Source: Girardia tigrina (Eukaryota). Taken from it: 64,000 nt of DNA. Location of the stretch: NCBI GenBank assembly GCA_001938485.1, contig MQRK01171274.1, forward strand, positions 1-64,000, read 5' to 3'. Every line of letters begins with the position of its first letter. Within the stretch, counting starts at the first letter, position 1. Under the pieces are notes generated by a model. It saw nothing but the letters and a program-made list of their open reading frames with translations. It was not told the origin of the DNA and made no database searches. Below are positions 61,025 to 64,000 of this stretch, in pieces. Both the position numbers and the translations under genes were made by a program.

Positions 61025-61431
61025 CTGAAGTACACCAAGTTATATTAAATTATATTTTAAAATTTAACAAAATTATTTTATTTTTGTAAATAAATGGAAT
61101 GTAACTGAAGCTTTTTTCTAGGTTTTTCTTATTTATTTTTGTGTCAAATGTAGGGTATTTGTAAAGAAAAAACTTTTTCTTATCATTTATTTGTTTTCAT
61201 TAATGAGATGAATGATTGTAAAGTTTAAGCAATATCCCGGTAAACCTTCATATCAAAAATGAATTTGTTTATTTGTGTAAATAAATTGTTTTTGGGAGAC
61301 GAGTAAACCCGTCACACCTCTTTTCATCGTACAGCACGGGAGCCAAGTTTACTCGTTTTACTGTGCAAAGCAGTAAGGTGCAGTACATTTGTAAACAATG
61401 AGCTCTAGACAAATGTGGGAGGTGCGTTATA

Positions 61432-62872
61432 CAGGGTGTGACAAAAGTAACGCAAAACATGAAATTTAGATACAATATACATGTAAAACATTAAATTTTT
61501 ATTCAAACACAACTAAAAACGTCGTTTCAATTCATGTTTGAATAGTAATTCAGTCTTCGAAATGATGACCATCGCTGTTCAAATATTTCTGCAGTCTTGA
61601 AGATACCGACTGGCACACCCTTTGGCACAACTCATTGTCAATTGATTGTACACCATCGGTGATTGCTGCGGTCAATTCCTCGATTATTTGAGGCTTTCTG
61701 TTGTACACCAAGTCTTTCAACGTTCCCCAAAGAAAAAAGTCCGATGGGGTAAGATCAGGCGAACGCGGTGGCCATTCCATCCAACCACGCCTTCCAATCC
61801 ACGAAGCTGGGAACTTTGCATTCAATCAGTCTCTCACAATAATTGCAAAATGTGGTGCTGCTCCGTCGTGCTGGAAAATGATTCGTTCACCACCTTGTAT
61901 TCTCGACTCAATCGGAGGCCACAGCCATTCGGATAGCATTTCAAGGTAAGACGAACCTAACACATTACCATCAAAGAAGTAGGGCCCAATAATTCCTTGA
62001 GAAGAAATGCCGCACCAGACTGTGACTCCTGGAAGATTTACTTCTTTTTCGATGATCTCGTGGGGATTGTTGCTTCTCAAGTAGATGCAGTTGTGCCTGT
62101 TAATGTGGCCGTTCAGCTTAAATACTGCCTCATCAGACCATAAGATGGAATTAACAAAGGAAACATTTTCTTCAGCATAAGCCAAAAATTCTTCAGCAAA
62201 GTGTAGGCGTCGATCTGAGTCGTCTTCATGGAGTGCACGAAATAATCTCGGGATGTATGGTTTCAAGCCCATGCTTCTTAGACAACGGTGGACACTTCGG
62301 TAAGAGATTTCATCACCGGAACCATCCAACTGACAAGCTATTCTGCGACACGAAGAAGTTGGAGTAGCATTGACCTCTCTCAGAACAGCAGTTTGGATAT
62401 TAAAATCATTTATTACGGAAGGTCGTCCTGACTTTGGAAGGTCACATACTGAGCCGGTGTTTTCAAACATCTTCATGAGTCTCTGAATTGTTGATGGCTG
62501 AATTGTCTCTTTATTTAACTCCACATTCTGCTGTATTACTGTAATTGCTGCACTTATAAAAGTATTTCACGGCTTTAATTCTTTCTTCGGTTGATAATCT
62601 GTTCTTCATTATCGATTAAATGAACTCCAAACGTTCACTTTTAAATCCAATTTATGCTTAACACAAGCGATGAATCGATAAAAAAAATTTGAAATTCAAA
62701 TTTTTTATTTATAAGAAAGAAAAGTTGAAACATAGAAATCGGCTGAGAAATGAGTCAATAGATGATTCAATAATTCAATTCAATCAATGATTCAATAGAT
62801 TCTGAACGACCTTAAAAGTATAATTTAAAATTAAGTCGTTCCAAGATTTTGCGTTACTTTTGTCACACCCTG
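61432..62872 (-). mobile_element. Full-length Tc1/mariner DD41D (rosa-type) transposon; transposase disabled
   Basis: 26-bp TIRs CAGGGTGTGACAAAAGTAACGCAAAA with TA TSD; WSDEA, QHDGA.PH, WPPRSPDLTPSDFFLWG with 41 residues between the 2nd and 3rd D; ATG at 62609, frameshift near 62530, TGA at 61826. Confidence 0.93.
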
Positions 62873-62989
62873 TATATTGTCAGAGGTATTCAATCTATCT
62901 ACCTGCAGATAAAATGAGTTTAACACACCGCGATTTGGCATGAAAATGGCCGACTACATAGTGTTTATAAGAATTTTGTCTTTTCAGTT

Positions 62990-63780
62990 TTACAAAAATT
63001 GAAGCTATCACTTTTATGATGACTATGAAAAACCCCATTACACCCCAGTTTCAAACATGGATAAATTTTCTGAGTAGTCTTGACATGAAAATAAAATATC
63101 GAATTGGTGAGAAACATTCAAATGCTGACACAATGTCTAGAAATTCTTGCGAATTATGTAGCCAGTGTTAGACGATGCATGAAGAAGCCAAGAAAAGAAA
63201 CATTAAGACGATATTTCTTACATTGAACGAAGAGTTAGAGGGTTTCAAATGGTAAAAGAATGATGAAGAAATAAAACAAATAATTGAAGATATCGGAAAA
63301 GGAAAAACGAGGAAATGGATAATAAAAATGATACCATGGCAACTCAGGATAATAAATACTGGATCACAAAAACAAAACGAACAGATTTAATTGAAGAAAT
63401 GCACAAACTGCTGTGCAACCCTGGTAGTAAAAAGGTCTATAACTACCGTCGAGAAGATTTCAACATGAAAATATGAGAAATTTTATTAAAGAAATAGTCC
63501 AAAGTTGTTTAAATTGTCAAAAAAAGAAAGACATTGACAGCAAAAAGGAATGAAAATCATATAAAGTTGTGGGTAGATGAACCTTTCTAGAAAATATATA
63601 TGGACTTCTGTGGATCATTCAAAAGAAACATAAACGGATATCAACACGTACTTGCCATAGTAGACCAATTCAGTAAATATATTAACATCAATGCAGTTGC
63701 TAGTCAAGATGAAAAAAATAGTGCATAGACTGATATTGTACATATGAACATGGAAGTTTGGACCACAAAAAGAAATTCAT
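62990..63780 (+). mobile_element. Gypsy RNase H end and integrase relic
   Basis: QTWINFLSSLDMKIKYRIGEKHSNADTMSR; H.LL.NPG; CLNCQ; IYMDFCG, LAIVDQFSKY; many stops. Confidence 0.82.
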
Positions 63781-63873
63781 GTGAATAGATGAATTTTTTC
63801 AATGATTTTTTCAAATTTTTTCAATTTTTTTTCAAATTTTTCCAATAGATTTTTTCAATGATACAGTTAGAAT

Positions 63874-63950
63874 CAGTGGTGGGATTCAACTGGTTCTTAA
63901 AAATTTTTGAGTTCGGCGAACCGGTTACAAACAAGTTAAAATTTTAAAAT
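63874..63950 (+). mobile_element. hAT-type terminus (CAGTGGTGGGATTCA...)
   Basis: CAGTGGTGGGATTCA start followed by an AACCGGTT subterminal motif. Confidence 0.5.
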
Positions 63951-64000
63951 AACCGACAAATATAACTTATTGTGAACAAAAATTATGCATTTTTTTAATT

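Overview
AT-rich eukaryotic (animal) genomic DNA with several N gaps. An invertebrate such as a flatworm is inferred from the 42-55 bp mini-introns, CsRn1-type Gypsy relics and TTAGGG repeats, but this is not proven. The main feature is the 3' part of an axonemal outer-arm dynein heavy chain gene (DNAH5/DNAH8 type) on the minus strand. I traced 29 GT-AG exons from 61024 down to the stop at 10469; they total 10,496 nt (about 3,497 aa) with a consistent frame, and the 5' exons lie outside the window. An intronless SLC32/VIAAT-like amino-acid transporter (6767-8104, +) faces it convergently. The rest is transposon-derived: Ty3/Gypsy, Penelope-like, mariner/Tc1/DD41D/pogo, hAT, MULE, a piggyBac-like MITE, a Helitron-like element and a Polinton/Maverick PolB relic. 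The best second-look items are a 21-bp-phased array of RFX X-box-like motifs in a dynein intron, three minimal hammerhead ribozymes in Penelope pLTRs (one on the dynein sense strand about 50 nt from a splice acceptor), and orphan beta-tubulin, HECTD1 and 28S rRNA fragments in dynein introns. Family assignments come from recalled motifs, not database searches. No clearly novel multi-gene system can be demonstrated from the sequence alone.
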